Shown here: positions 24,410 through 38,600 of the stretch, in pieces | Layout: each line of letters begins with the position of its first letter | Position numbering within the stretch: the first letter of the stretch is position 1 | Source: Narcine bancroftii | Taxonomy: Eukaryota | Length of the DNA: 64,000 nt | NCBI RefSeq assembly: GCF_036971445.1 | Contig: NC_091469.1 | Location: 36,642,001-36,706,000, forward strand | Direction: 5' to 3' | Notes under the pieces: generated by a model | Database searches by the model: none | What the model saw: only the letters and a program-made list of their open reading frames with translations | What the model was told of the DNA's origin: nothing | Made by a program: the position numbers and the translations under genes

Positions 24410-25165
24410 ATGGTTTAATCCAGACAAATGTGAGATTTTGCAGTTTGGGAAGTCAAATGTAAGGGGGATGTTACAGTTAATGACAGAGCTCTTGAAAGCA
24501 TTGACATGTAGAGGGATCTGGATTCTTTAAGATAGCCATGCAAGTAGGTAGGCTGATAAATAAAGCAAATGATATGCTTAGCCTCAAAGGGTGAGGCTTT
24601 GCATATAAGAGTAAGGAAATTAGGTTGTAGCTATATATAATTTTGGTTAGGCTCCACTGGAGTAGTGTATGCAATTCTAGTTACTCTATTACAGAAAGGT
24701 TGTGAAGGCTTTGAAAAAGGTACAGAAGAATTTACCAGCATGCCAACTTGATTAGAGGGTATGAACTGAAAGAAAATGTTAAACAAACTGGAGTTGTTTA
24801 CTCTGGACTATTGAAGGCTGACAGGAGTGAAAGTTATAAAATTATAAGAGCCATCGATAGGGTAGACAGTCAGAATCTTTTCCCAGGATAAAAATGCCAC
24901 ATGCCAGAGGACTCGTGTTTAAGGTGATGGGGTGCAGTTTAAAAGAGATTCAAAAGTGATAACAGACAATATTTTTACAAAGAGAATGCTAGGTGCCTGG
25001 GACAGGTTGCCAGGAGTAATGGTGGAAGCGGAAACAACAGTAGCATTTAAAAGATGTGTAATCACAAAAATATTTTGGGAACATGTCACGTACAAGCAGC
25101 AAAATGTTTGATTTAATTAGGCATCGCTTTCAATGCAGACATGTTGGCCAAATGATTTCTTCCTG
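24410..25165 (+). mobile_element. Degenerate CR1-type LINE 3' portion
   Basis: FNPDKCEILQFG-type remnant, AGGCTCCACTGGAGTAGTGT (RPHLEYC-like) and a CR1 tail. Confidence 0.65.
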
Positions 25166-27319
25166 AGCTGTACTCTTCTATGTTTTTGTGGACTACGTCC
25201 ATTACTTTTGATCTGATCTCTTTCATTTTGTGGATCTGACACAGTTTAGCAGAACACCATGAGCTTGACCCATGATTCAGTGGCCTGTCATTTTATGTCT
25301 TTATCTCACTCCCACTCTAACCTTCCTCCAATGCCTCACAATGAAGGAACAGCTGTTTATCTCACTACATGACATACTCCTGGAACAACAATGACTTCAA
25401 TCAATTTGAATAAAATGCATTTCTTCAAGAGTTTTATTCCTATATTAACATATTGTTGGCATTAAAATTTAAATGAATCTCGAACATTCCCTTTCTCTTA
25501 TAGGTCTCTCTATATATTTATATATTTAAAGGTATCGGAAAGTGAAGTGCTCCGGTCGTGGTTTTCTTGTCCCTTTTCTTTTTTTTTGAGTCTGTAGGCA
25601 GTTGGGGAATTAATAGGATGTTTTTCTTCTTTTTTAAATTTCTTTTTACTTTTTTTTCTTTTTTTTATATAAATACCACATGTATTTGGATTAAGTTTGA
25701 AATATTGTAATATGCTTAGCAGTTTTATTTTAAATAAAGTTTTTTTTTAAGTTTTATTTCTGATTTCAAACAGTCCATTTAAATTTACTTATTGTGAACT
25801 TGATGAGAAGAGAGAGACTTGTGCTGACCAGGCATTGAAACAATTTAATATTGTCACTGCCAGCCTGAAATACTCATTCTGCCAGTTTAAAGTTTTACTA
25901 TGCAAATATTTTAAGTTGGCAGAATATCAAATAATTTTTTTAAAATATTTATATACTATATGTGCTGTGAATCCATGGTTTCATGAAGAAATTATAAACA
26001 TGTGGAAGAGAGTTAATCTAGTAGTACATACTGAGCATGTCAAAAGGTGGCAGGAGCTCAGGAAATGCTTGCAAGACATCAACAAAGAGCCAGTTATTGA
26101 CCACATCTGAATCCAAGGTGGAGCTGGAAATTATTGCTTCACAGTAAATGGAATAATTTTCTTTGAGATATTGTTAGACAGGTGTTCATCTTTCAGTTGG
26201 AACATTTAAATTAAAAGAACTTCTGTACCTGGGTGAAATAATTCTTGTGTGGTCTTTGGTCCACAGGAGGTAACAGAAGCTGCCAAACTAGGGATGTAGA
26301 CCCATGAAGTAAAATGACACAAAACAGACCCTTTGGCCCAACTTGTCCATGCCATCTGTTAGCATTTTAGGCTAGTCCTGTTAGCCTGCATTAAATCCAT
26401 ATCCTTCAATTCCTTCCTGTGCATACAAAGTCTATTGAACATTGAAATTGTGCCTGCTTCTCCAGATTCTTCTGGCTATTTGTTCCAGATAAGGACCACC
26501 CTCTGAATGAAAATGTTGCCCCTCAGGTCCCTCTTAAATCTCTGCCACTTTACCTAAATGTACCGGGCTTGTAGACCAATTGGGTGTAATTGTGTGACAT
26601 TGGCCTCATGTGCCGAAAGGGCCTGATACCGTGCTGTATATCTAAATTTAAAATTTAAATTTAAACTTATGCCCTCCAGTTCAATAATTCTCTATCTTGA
26701 GAAAAAAGACTGTGACCATTCACTTTATCTATGTCCCATATGTTTATACTTAAACAACAGTTTTTATTATTTGCTGTTTATCATCAAATGGGTACAGACT
26801 TCCTCAATGAGTTGTAACACCATTTCTCACTGACGCCATAGTTTTATATTTATTTTATTGTGTAATATTACAGTAATATTGATTTAACTCATAGGCTTGA
26901 TGTGGCAAAATATTATTCCATACATGTGAATATTTTAACAGGCGTAGATGCGCTCCATCTCTTGTAAATAAAATCTTTCAGTCTCAACAACTTCAGTCTT
27001 TGTATAATTGATCATGCTTCAGGGTCTGTTGTCAAAATGGCATTGCCTGCAAAACTGGGTCATCTTTACTCTTTAAATACAGTAAAAAAATATTTGTATT
27101 TCTTAGCTTTCCCTTGTAGTTTGCACAAGAAGGCAGATGGCATTGAATGTCATTGTGCCAGCTCACTCTTAACAATTTCTTAATGGCTCATGCAGAAATT
27201 TCTAGTAAAATATTCTGTCCAGAAATCACTAATTTTAATTCTTTATTTATCACATACTTAATTTCAATATAATTAACTCATAATGTGTCTAAATATCCTG
27301 GATTTCAATTTTTTATAAT

Positions 27320-28320
27320 TTGTGCCAAGGTAGTATTAATCTGCAAGAAGGACATCCAACTGCAGCTCCTTGCAGACCACCTTAGGGAACAGTAGCTCAA
27401 GCTGGTTGAACTCTGGATCATTCGGAAGGCAGGGGGGGATAACAGACAGTCACACTTAGGAAGCAGGAGGCAGGTAAGTGGGTGACTGTCAAGAGACAAA
27501 GGAAATAGGCAGTCAATGGAGGGTAACCCTATTTTGTATGCTGCTGAGAGATAAGCCTCAGTAGTCAAGTTTCTGGCAAAGGGTCTAGGCCTTTGGCTTA
27601 GAAGGGAAGGGAAGAGAAGAGAGAAGCTGCAGTGATACTTGAGTCAATAGAGGAACTGATGGGTGGTTCTGTACAGGAGATCAGGATTCCCAGTGTTCAT
27701 TGTAAATTTAAATACAATACAGTAACAGCCCCTTTTGTCCCACGAGCCTCTGCTGTCCAATTACACCCAATTAACCTACAATCCCAGTATGTTTTGAATG
27801 GTGGGAGGAAACTGGAGCCCCTGGGGAAAATTCACACAGACGTGGGGAGAACATACAAATTCCTTACAGACAGGTGGGATTTGAACCTCGCTGCTGATCA
27901 CTGGCCCTGTTACAACATTGCGCTAACCATTATGCTACCCATGCCATCCAAAATATAACTGTTGAAGGCCCCAGTGAGATTGTCTTCTATATTAATAAAT
28001 GGATGACAATGTAATTGCATAGTTAGTAAGTTTGTGGATGATACCAAAAGTAGTGGTATAAGGTCTAGATGAAGTGGGAAAGTGGGAGAAGGAGTGGCTA
28101 ATGGAATTTAATATGGATAAATGCAGGCTTCTGCTTTGGTAGGTTCAACCAAGGCAAGACATTCAATGTGAATGGTACTGCCTTAGGAGAGTTGTAGAAC
28201 AAAGAGACTTGTGGGTACAGGTACGTTATTCAAGGAAAGTGCTGAAGATGGTGGATAGGGTGGTGAAAAAAACATTTGACACAATGGCCTTCATCATTCA
28301 AAGCACTGAATACAGGAATG
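27320..28320 (+). mobile_element. CR1-type LINE fragments interrupted by an HE1-like SINE (27705-27948, -)
   Basis: 5' region remnants, plus AGTAAGTTTGTGGATGATACCAAA (SKF.DDTK) near 28025. Confidence 0.55.
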
Positions 28321-28614
28321 GGACCAATATTCAATCACCTCTCAGCCTCTCTTCAGCTTTTCACTATCTTCATATATGCAACATCACTGCCTTTTTACTT
28401 TATTCTCGACAGTGTCCCAATCTGAAATACTGACTAATCATTTCAACTCATGGATGCTGCCAAACCCATCGAGTTCCTCCAGAACCTCATTGTAGCATCT
28501 GCACCTTTTCTATTCCTCAAAGTGTTTCCATTGTTGATCTCCTCCTAATTTAGGTGGATTTTGCTTTTAATTTTATTGATAGGTAGACAATCAATAACAC
28601 TTTAATTTTAACTG

Positions 28615-28814
28615 TTTCTTCTTTCTTTGGCTTGGCTTCGCGGACGAAGATTTATGGAGGGGGTAAATGTCCACGTCAGCTGCAGGCTCGTTGGTGGCTG
28701 AAAAGTCCGATGCGGGACAGGCAGACACAGTTGCAGCGGTTGCAGGGGAAAATTGGTTGGTTGGGGTTAGGTGTTGGGTTTTTCCTCCTTTGCCTTTTGT
28801 CAGTGAGGTGGGCT
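28615..28814 (-). mobile_element. RTE-clade LINE, short 3' end
   Basis: Same 3' terminus and tail as the other RTE copies. Confidence 0.88.
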
Positions 28815-29979
28815 GCAACAAAGAAATAAATCACCAGACCAAGTTATGCAGAACATCTGGCAAACACTGTCTCCTGTTTACTTTTGTCTTCTTAACCAGT
28901 GGCTGATGTCAGACAATTAGATCAGCATGTCACATTTGATAAAGTCCTGAACTTGTTCAATCTTTCTCATTGCAGAACTGTACCTCTCCCACAATGGGCT
29001 TCCATCTGGAACTGAGCTAATCGACAGGCCTAATGCAAAATTGTTCACCCTGCATTGGAATATTTCATTGCATTTATTTTATCTCTATATTTACAGTCTC
29101 ACTGCTGAACGAGGGTTTGCTACTACTGCTCCTGCACAGTATACTCACTGTTTCACACTATGATAAATGGGTTAATAAATTCAGATTTTTAAAAAAATGA
29201 GACATTTCATAATATCTTTTCACTGTACTTGCTGGAAGATCCATCAAATTACAGGAGGAAATAGACATGAAGGGGAAGGTGCTGCAGTTTCAAATATACC
29301 AATGGAAAAGGCTACAGCCAAAATTAAAGACAGATTAAGGGCACACAGCAGTAGGGATGGTCAGGTTGGCTGCCAAGCACAGAAGGGTGTTTGAACACCT
29401 ACCTTCACTTTTCCCTTCCAATTTCACTGTCCCAATCACAAACTCAACACTGTCAGTCTGACAATCTGGTAAGACACTGTGCTGCCAATTATCAGCTTCT
29501 CTTCCATTACATATTAACCCTTGAGGTGGGTAGGATCATTAAATTTCTCATGCAGCTGGAGTGTGGAATAGTACAATCTAAAACCAATGTCATGACTAAC
29601 CAAGAAGACTACAATGGGATGAAGGAGGAGTTGGCAAGCGTAGACTGGGAACACAAGCTATATGTTGGGACAGTTGATGAACAGTGAATGACCTCCCCAA
29701 GGTGGTTTCTTACAATGCTCAACAAAAGTATATTCCAGCTAAAGCCTTGGATAACACGGAAAATAATAAAAGGTGTCAAATTAAAATTACATGCATGCAA
29801 AGTTAGTGCAAAAATCAAAGGGTGTAAAACTAAAAAAAGAAACCAAATAACCAATAAACAAGCAACAATCAAAGGATATTTAGATTATGGGAGTATGATA
29901 GGGTAGAATATAAAAACAAATGGTACAAGTGCTTAAAAGTACCCAAAACAAAATGGTGGCTAAAATAAACGTATGTTCG

Positions 29980-30620
29980 AGATTCAAGGTTTTATTTTAT
30001 TGTCACATAATAATACAGTAAAAATATAACATACATGATATACTTCAAATATTGTCTGCTGTAATGCAAACAAAGTCACCGTGAGCTCAGATTCCCTTAC
30101 AGTAGGAGAAAGAGAAGCAAAAAAGAGTCCCTTCAGATTCACTGAGTGTCCGTGGATTCACCTCCAGCTCCTGCAGTCGCGCAGGCTCCTGTTCAATCCA
30201 TCAGCAACTCGTGCTCCAAATCCAAACCTCCACCACGATCAGGATGCCTTCAGTGCTTGAGGCCCTTTGTGAGGCCTTCTTGCCTTCACCACCTTCTCAA
30301 ATTCTGGCTCTGTTACCTGGTTGCCTTCACCACCTTCTCAAATTCTGGCTCTGTTACCTGGTTCCCATAGCCCATGTGGGTCCCCCAACAGCAACTCACC
30401 CACAGCCTGTGAGGGTCCCTCAGCTGCTGAGCCCCTTGATGGTCCACTGCTGTGGTCACCATCCTGCAGGGTTATCTTCTATACTTCTCCTTTTAATGGG
30501 GGGGGGGGGGTGGGGAGAATGTTATCAACATTTCTGGTGTCTTGAACTGGTCTGCTGCACCCCCAGAATCTGCAAACCCTCATGGTCGCTGGTGAGCGCA
30601 GGCACACCCCCCTTGGGGAA
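29980..30620. repeat. Unclassified dispersed repeat (related copies at about 11180-11520 and 57726-58690)
   Basis: Shared start TCAAG...TATTGTCA..TAATA and AAAGAGTCCC...CACTGAGTGTCC. Internal 41-bp tandem duplication at about 30280-30363. Confidence 0.55.
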
Positions 30621-30639
30621 TGAGAAGGAATAATTAATA

Positions 30640-32705
30640 CAGTATGTTTCCCTATATCCGAAAAGCTTGGGACCAGATGGTTTTCGGTTATCGGGTTTTT
30701 ATGATTAATGGAACAGTCACTTTAACCAGCTCAGTAACATCAGCAGAATATGTATATCAGTGGTTAAACAACCACAACAAAAGAGAACAGAAGGCTTTTC
30801 GAGCATGAACTAATTCATACCAAAAAAATGACTTGACCTCTGTTGACAAAATGAGATAAATGCAGCACCAAACACTAGAAATTCTCCTCAGCAGCTTTTT
30901 CATATGATTCCTCCAGTGCCATCTGCCTCATTAAAAATGTTTCTTATCTTAGGAGTCTCTCTTTGTTCTCTTATGAATGCACGCTGATCTAGTCCCTCAA
31001 TAAGTCCATCGCACATTTTCACCATGTCATCTATAGATGTCCCCGGGAAGGAGTACTTCGTACCTTGTCCTCAGTTCTTAATATTACTTTGACTCCAAAT
31101 TATTTTCTTGCTCTCTTTGGAATAAGTGGGCCTACAGGTTTGAAATTGAATGCATCACAATCCCATGTAGTTGCCCTTGCTTCCCTGTCCCTCCCACTCA
31201 ATGGTTGTCTGGCAGGATAGCATATCTGACTTTGAAAAAAAATCAGAAGTTCCACTACTCCTAATGAATCTTAATTTTGTTTCTTATGGGGTTCTTCTCT
31301 CAATTATTTTCAAACTATTTTCTGGTTTGTGACCCCATTGGCTACCTTATTTTTATTATCAGTATTGGTCTGTCCATGTTACGCCAAGAGCCTCTCTTAT
31401 TGTGGAGTTAGTAGTTTAATGGGATTTTTTCACTTCTTTTTAATGGACCATAGGTTACAATACTCTGTGTTCTTCTATAAGATTTGTTAATATTCTATTT
31501 TATTTTCATGTACAAATGTAGCATTTATACAATTAAACTAATTAAAATATTAAAAGACATATCCCTAGTGACTCATACCTTTCTGTTTGCATAATAATGG
31601 GTAAGAAATTCACTCCCGCAAACTTTTACGTAACACAGCAAGCTTACACTTTAGTGTGCCGGCTGCATTTACACAATCCTAGCACACATATTCTGTCCTT
31701 GGCATCCTTAATTCCTGTAGGGGTTCTCTCATCTGCTGTGGCCAATGCACTGAACAAGGTAAAGTTCCAGAGAGTTGTGAACTTGGCCAGCACCATCACA
31801 GGCATCTGGGGCAATGCATCTGGGGCCAATAAACAGTGATATTTCATCAGCATTATCGTCTTGTTCTGGCGTCAGAATTCATCAGCGATGAACCTGGCAA
31901 ACTCTTCAATGAATTTCTCAGCCGCTTCGTGATCAGCAGATGCTTTATCACCACTAATCTTTAACAAATTAATGTGTGTCTTTTCTTAAATTGACTCTGA
32001 ATATTCAAAGTTACCTTCAATTTTCCGATCACCATAACCATATAACAATTAACGGAGCGGAAACAGGCCATGTTGGCCTTTCGAGTCCGCACCGGTTCAC
32101 TGATTTTGTGCGCCCTCTTCAGGGAATGGTCCTGGTAGATCTTCATTCAATAACGATGGGCGAATTCAATGCATTTCGTTTGGCAAGGACAGAGCTTTGC
32201 TTGTTTCACGATCAGCAAACCATTAAGTGGGACGTGTTCACTGCGATTCTGTCAGATCCAATTCATCAATGCACGATCGAGATCTTCACTTTTACCTTAA
32301 TGCAGTGTTTTTATATCTTTTATTAACCTTCAGAATCAAACTTCAACAGTTTATCCATCTGTATTCAGGTCATAGATTGTGGTCATTCCAACACCATACT
32401 CTTCTGTAAGACGTTTCACACTTAAACCACTGTCCATCCAGCTTAACTTTCTGTTCTGTAGACAAACATAAATACTTCCTCCTTTTCTTTTCACTGACAT
32501 CCATAGTGCTATCTGCAGACGTTTTTTGTCATTTGCACGAGAGCTCCAGTCGGATTCAAAATGGTGCCAACAGAACTTCAGAGCCCCATATGGGCAAGTT
32601 GGGTGACAATTTTTTTTCAACTTCTGTTGTCATGTTGGCGCCGCAAAATATTTGGTTAATGGAACATTTTGGTTAATGGAATTTCATATAAGGGGAAATT
32701 AACTC
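30640..32705 (-). mobile_element. Decayed Tigger/pogo (Jerky-like) DNA transposon with nested insertions
   Basis: TA-flanked imperfect 24-bp TIRs (CAGTATGTTTCCCTATATCCGAAA). Minus-strand remnants include SVKRLTEEYGVGMTTIYDL (CENP-B-type HTH), GDKASADHEAAEKFIEEF, NADE and KDAKDRI. Confidence 0.8.
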
Positions 32706-33146
32706 TAATGTTTAATGGGGAAATAGCCTAGGCTTCAACAAATATTTTGTGTCAGTCTTCACATTGGAAGACACATTTAACATGCAAAGAATTATGTTAA
32801 GGAAGATCTCAATACAGTTAAAGTCACTAACAACATAGCACCAGGCAAACTAATGGGTCTAAAGGTAGATTAGTCCCCTGGCCCTGCTTCAACAGATCTG
32901 AAATCTGAACAGTTTGCTTGTCTTTGAACTGAAGGTTGTCCAATAGTGGCTTTACGCATTGAGCCTGTGGCAAAACCTTTCTGCAAAATCGCAGAAATGT
33001 TATCTTATCAGCATCTTCAAGGGTAATTTTGTAGGAGTACAGTTTCAGACACTAAAATGAAATCTCAGTGTTTCTAAAGTTTTTGGCAATGGTTAGTGGG
33101 CACTTGAATCTCTAATTTTCTATTGCAGTTTCTCTTCCCTGATGAT

Positions 33147-33158
33147 ATATGATTGATT

Positions 33159-33195
<37 letters not shown>

Positions 33196-33249
33196 ACTAA
33201 AAAGATGTTTATCTTTTTTAACTCTGCTCCATAAATTAGTTATATGATT

Positions 33250-33308
<59 letters not shown>

Positions 33309-33357
33309 TGTTACTAAAAAGATATATATATTTTTTAAAAATCTGCTCCATAAATTA
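33147..33357. repeat. Two (TG)n microsatellites inside a tandemly duplicated unit of about 100 bp
   Basis: ATATGATTGATTG(TG)n..TTACTAAAAAGAT..CTGCTCCATAAATTA occurs twice. Confidence 0.85.
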
Positions 33358-35472
33358 CCTGAAGTTTAATTTCTATGGTCAGATGGAATTATGGGATATA
33401 AATTATTAAATAATATACTCGTGCTAATTATGCATTGAATATTACAGGGTATTGCTCTTAGTCTCCTACGATAACAAAAATATTTTAATGGTAGGAGATA
33501 TTCAATTCCATTGATATAAGGTTTATGAATTTTTACTACATGTATATAAATCAGTGCAACCTGTGTTATATTAAAAGGGCAGAGTTTCAGACTTGTGCTC
33601 AAATAGAGTTCATCTCAATAAGGTTCTTCACTTAGGCAGAGGGCATCTCAGAGCACTTACCAAATAAAAAATGTATTTGATAGATGTTTAAAATGGAGGA
33701 AAGTGAAAGCCACCGTCGAATGAGGGATAGAAGTAATTTTTTTTAAGATTAGAAGGTGGGGAGATAGAAATTATTGTTAGACTATCTCAGAAAAGGTCAT
33801 TGCTGAATGGATGCTATTCAGATTATTTTGATAGAACAAGAATACTTAAAATAAACAATTTAATTTAGCTCTGGACCTACAGATAAACATGCAGCCATCA
33901 AAGTCCTGAATGAATCAAACAGTGCTCCAATGCTGCTCTTGCTTTGTACTAATTGAGTTACTTTGTAACTCTATAATGCTCTAATTGTGCTCTTGTCCTT
34001 CTACCTTACATGGCTGTTATCGATTTAGAATTAACATATTAGTCTGCTTAAGGAAGAATCTTTTTCACTCTATTGTGACAAATGAAATTTAAAAATTTGT
34101 AAACTTAGACTACACAATGAGTTCCATGTGCAGTTCTGTTCTACATTTCACAAACAATGTTGTTATCATAAGGGTTGTACAGTGAATGTTCACCAAACTG
34201 ATTCCTGGAATGGCAGGGCTCTCAGTATGGGAGATACTTAATGAACAAGACTTGAATTCCCTGGAATTTAGAAGAATGAGAGGAGATCTCATTGAACTGG
34301 CAAAAATTTTGACAGGGCCAGACAGAACGGGCATAAGGGAGATTTTTTCTCAGTCCACAACAAATGGTCACAGTCCCAAATTTCAGGACAGAGATGAGGA
34401 GACATTTCTTATTCAGAGGATTGGAAACTTGTGGCATTTTCTTCTCCAGTAGGTGGTGAAGGAATAAGTAAAGAATAAACAGTACATTTTGCTCATACTT
34501 TGAAGGGCTCAAGCGCAAAACATTAGTTATGTATCTTTATGTTTGCTATCTAAAGTACCTTGTTTGACCTGCTGAGTTTCTCCAGCATTGTGTTTTTAAT
34601 TCAATCACTGTGTCTGCAAACCTTTATGTTTTACTGCAGTTCTAAGTTACTTGGCCACTGCAGATTGTCTCAGGTGTGTAGGTAGGTGTAAGCTGATGGG
34701 AATGTGATGACAATAGGTTACAAGGAATATTAGTTGGGGAATAGGATTGATATGTATACCAGCAGTGACTGGATAGGCCAATCAGGCTCAAATGTGCTTC
34801 AAGGAAATATTAATATGAATTCCTGAGATCTCTACTCTTCTTATCTCTGATAATCAGCATTTAAAATCTATTCAAATATATTGAATGAATTTAAAAACAC
34901 ATTAACAATATAAAAATAAAGAATAAAATTAAAATATGAATAAATCTTTAAAAATGTTTCAGTTGAGTCATCTGTTTTGACCCTTGTTAACATAGTAGTC
35001 ATTCCCAGTCAAATGACTGAGATCACCATTTGAGTGGCAGCCTCTTCCTGACAGAGCTGGATGTATCTGTCATCTGTAGGTCAGTTAGTGGGGTCATGGT
35101 GACCACAGCAATGGACAGAATGTTATATGCTCTTTCATCTGACCTTCAGCTCATTTCATACCCATCATTGGCTTTATTGTTAATGTGTGAGATACGTCAT
35201 TAAACACAAAGAAATGGGGTGAGATTCCAACAGAATGGCCCAGTCTGGCTAATGATTAATTTCTTTGTCATTTTCACTGATTTTATTTTTTAAATGGAGG
35301 ATCATTAATGGAACATTCAAATGCCAGGTTGAGGAGCAACCCCTCTTCTCCTTTAGCTTTGAGGAGAAGATTGTCAGGGAGCCCCAGCCAATAATGTGTG
35401 ATCCAAAAATGCAGAACCTGAAATAAAAGCAAAAGATTATGGAAACGTGCACAGGTTAGGCAACATCCATAT

Positions 35473-35654
35473 GGGGGTGGGGGGGGGGTGAAGGTTGGGG
35501 AGAAAATAAAGTGGGGAGAGAAGGTTGGGGGGAAGAGAAGATGGGGTCAGGAGAGAAGTGGGGGTGGGGAGAGAAGGTGGGGGAAGACTGGGGCGGTGGG
35601 AAGAGAAGGTTTGGGAGAAAATAAAGTGGGGAGAGAAGGTTGGGGGGAAGAGAA
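35473..35654. repeat. G/A-rich minisatellite, left part (split by the Gypsy insertion)
   Basis: Same motifs (GGGAAGAGAAGGTTGGGGG, GAAGACTGGGG) as 40205-40553. Confidence 0.85.
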
Positions 35655-38600
35655 ATGTGAAGTTAATAAAACATCGAATGCAAGTTTTATCTGGTAAATT
35701 TCTCAGTGTCTTTATTTTCCAGTTTCCATTGTTCTCCTGCTTGTGCTCTTATCTTTCTCTCATACCACGTGACTTCCGGTACATCTCATACATATTCATT
35801 ATCATGACATCCCTCCTTTAATCAGAAATAAACTTTACCTTCACTTATCAATATCCCTCGGAAGCCTACAAACATCGTAATTAATGGTAATACTATAACT
35901 CAACTACATAAAATTTACTTCCTAAAGCACTCATACATGCACTTTATGATATATGATTAGAATACTGTCCCAAAGTTCTTATTAAAACTATGGCACAAAG
36001 TCTTCATATCGTTTGGGCACTTTCCGGTTTCGTTTCGGCCTGCCTGCGATATTGTCGTCACTTCTCGGTTGTTCACTCTCAGCGTCGGAAATACTGCTCG
36101 CCAAGGCTTCGGGTGTTTCTGGCGCTCTAGTCACTTCATCAGGAGTGCTGGTAACTGCCTCTGGAACATCATCAGGTCTCTCAGTTTCAGCATCTCGTAT
36201 TGGCCTTTCAACCTCTTCGCTCGATGTATCTCTGGACTGGTACCTTTTTACACCTGATACATTTCTCTTATACAGGACTCCAGTCAGAGACGTGACTGTC
36301 ACCATACTACCACTTCTGGATATGACAGTATAGGGTTGATGGTAATAAGGTGTGTCTAGCTTACCACCAGTTTCATGCCTCACTAGAACATTATCTCCTG
36401 GCATGATGTCTGAGTACTTGGCTCCACGTTTCGAATCTGTGTACAGCTTTGCTGCACCTTTCTTTTCAGCATCGCGGTCCCTCATCTCCTGGTCGTCTCG
36501 GATTTCCTTTATTTCTGGCATTTTTGTGCGGATTTTTCTCCCAAAAAATGCTTCTGCAGGACTTTTTCCAGTGGTTGCATGAGGCGTTGCTCGATAGACA
36601 GCCACATAAGATAGCAATGCTTCTCGTCAATTTTGTCCTTCTGCGTGTGCAATCCTCAATCGTTTTTCAATGGACTGATTTTGTCTCTCTACTTCCCCGT
36701 TGGCTTGCGGCCATTTCGGAGTTACTTTATGATGGTGGATACCTGTGGTCCTCATGTATTCCGCAAATGTCTCTGAAATGAATTGTGGACCATTGTCAGA
36801 GTATAATGTAACAGGTAATCCATATCTTGCGAATATCTCTGCTAATGCTTGTATTGTTTTTTCAGTGGTTGTGGACTTCAACACCACGTACTCATAGTAT
36901 CTGCTGTAGTAATCTATCACTACCATAATTGATTCACCCGTCGGTAAAGGTCCAAGAAAATCAACAGCTACGTCGATCCATGGTCCTGTCGGGAGTTGCG
37001 TACTCCGGATCGGTTCTGGCGGATTACTCCTACTTGTGATTTGACATCCGTGACAAATTTTAACAAATTTCTCTGCGTCTTTATCACAACTTGGCCACCA
37101 TACCTTGGTTCTGAGGTTTTGCTTGGTACCAACAATACCTAGGTGTCCTTCATGCGCTAAGGATACGATCTTCGGTCTCAACCTTTGCGGAATCACCAAT
37201 CTGCAACCTCTTAATACACACTGTCCGATGCAACAAAGTTCGTCTCTGATGGGAATGTAAGCCTTGTGAGTACACTTGTCCCATTGTCCACTCTGTATGC
37301 ATTCTCTTACTTCCATGAGTTCTGGATCACGTTCGGATTCTCTCTCGACTTCCTTCGTAGTCACAGCTTTCGGTGTCGCCTGAATAGCTACGAAGCGTAC
37401 AAAGCTCTCTGTTTCTGTTCCCAATTCTGACTTGGATTGTGGACCACCATCCTTCACCAATCTGGACAGCGGATCAGCAATGTTTCCTTTCCCTGCAATG
37501 TGGATTACTTTATATTTGTAGGGTTGTAGTCTGAGTACCCATCTCTCTATTCTGGCACATGGTTTGGATCTAGGTGCATAGATCACCTCTAATGGCTTAT
37601 GATCTGTGATGAGTTCAAATTCAATGCCGTATAAATATGCATGGAACCTCTCACAGGCCCATACAAGTCTGAGTGCTTCTTTCTCTGTCTGAGAGTATCT
37701 TCTTTCCACATCTGATAACGATCTGCTGCCATAGGCAATGATTCTTGGTACACCTTTCCTGGTTAGTTTCCTTAGTGGTTCTGCCACTGTAGCGAAATTA
37801 GGAATGAACTTTGCACAAAAATTGACCAATCCCAGGAAACTCCTCACCTCTGTTGCATTCTGAGGTGCACGTGCCTCTGCAATAGCTTTCACCTTGGCCT
37901 CTGCAGGGTTTAGTCCTTCCCGTGTAAGTCTGTGTCCCATGAAGTCCATTTCTGACACACTGAACTGGCACTTGTTTCCATTCACGGTAAGGCCTGCCTC
38001 CTGTAGTCTAGATAGTAAACGCCTCAACCATCTGTCATGCTCTTCCTTCGTTGGTGCATGGACTATGATGTAGTCAGAAATGTTGGCAACTCCAGGAATG
38101 CCTTGAATCACTCAATGGATTTCATACTGGTAGATCTCCGAAGCTGCATTAATTCCAAATGATAGACTCTTGTAACGATACAATCCACAGTGAGTCACAA
38201 ATGTTGTTACATCTCGGGAACCTGGATCCAGCTCTAATTGATGATAGCCCCATTTCAGATCAATTTTTGAGAATACCTTGCTGGTAGTTAGTTCTTGAAG
38301 TATTTCCTCCACTGTTGGTATAGGGTGTCGTTCTCTAATTATAGCTTCATTGGCCATTCTCATGTCAACACATAGTCTTATGTCACCCTTTGGTTTGGGC
38401 ACAATCACTACAGGACTGACCCATTGTGTCAAATGTTCCACAGGTTCAATAATGTCTTGTTCGATCAATTCTTTAATTTTGTCTTCGACTTTCCTACGAA
38501 GTCCAAACAGAGTTCGGCGCATTGGTTGTGCCTTGGGTTTGACCGTTTCATCTATCACTAGCTTCAATTGTCGACCTTTCGGCTTTCCTACTCCTTGGAA

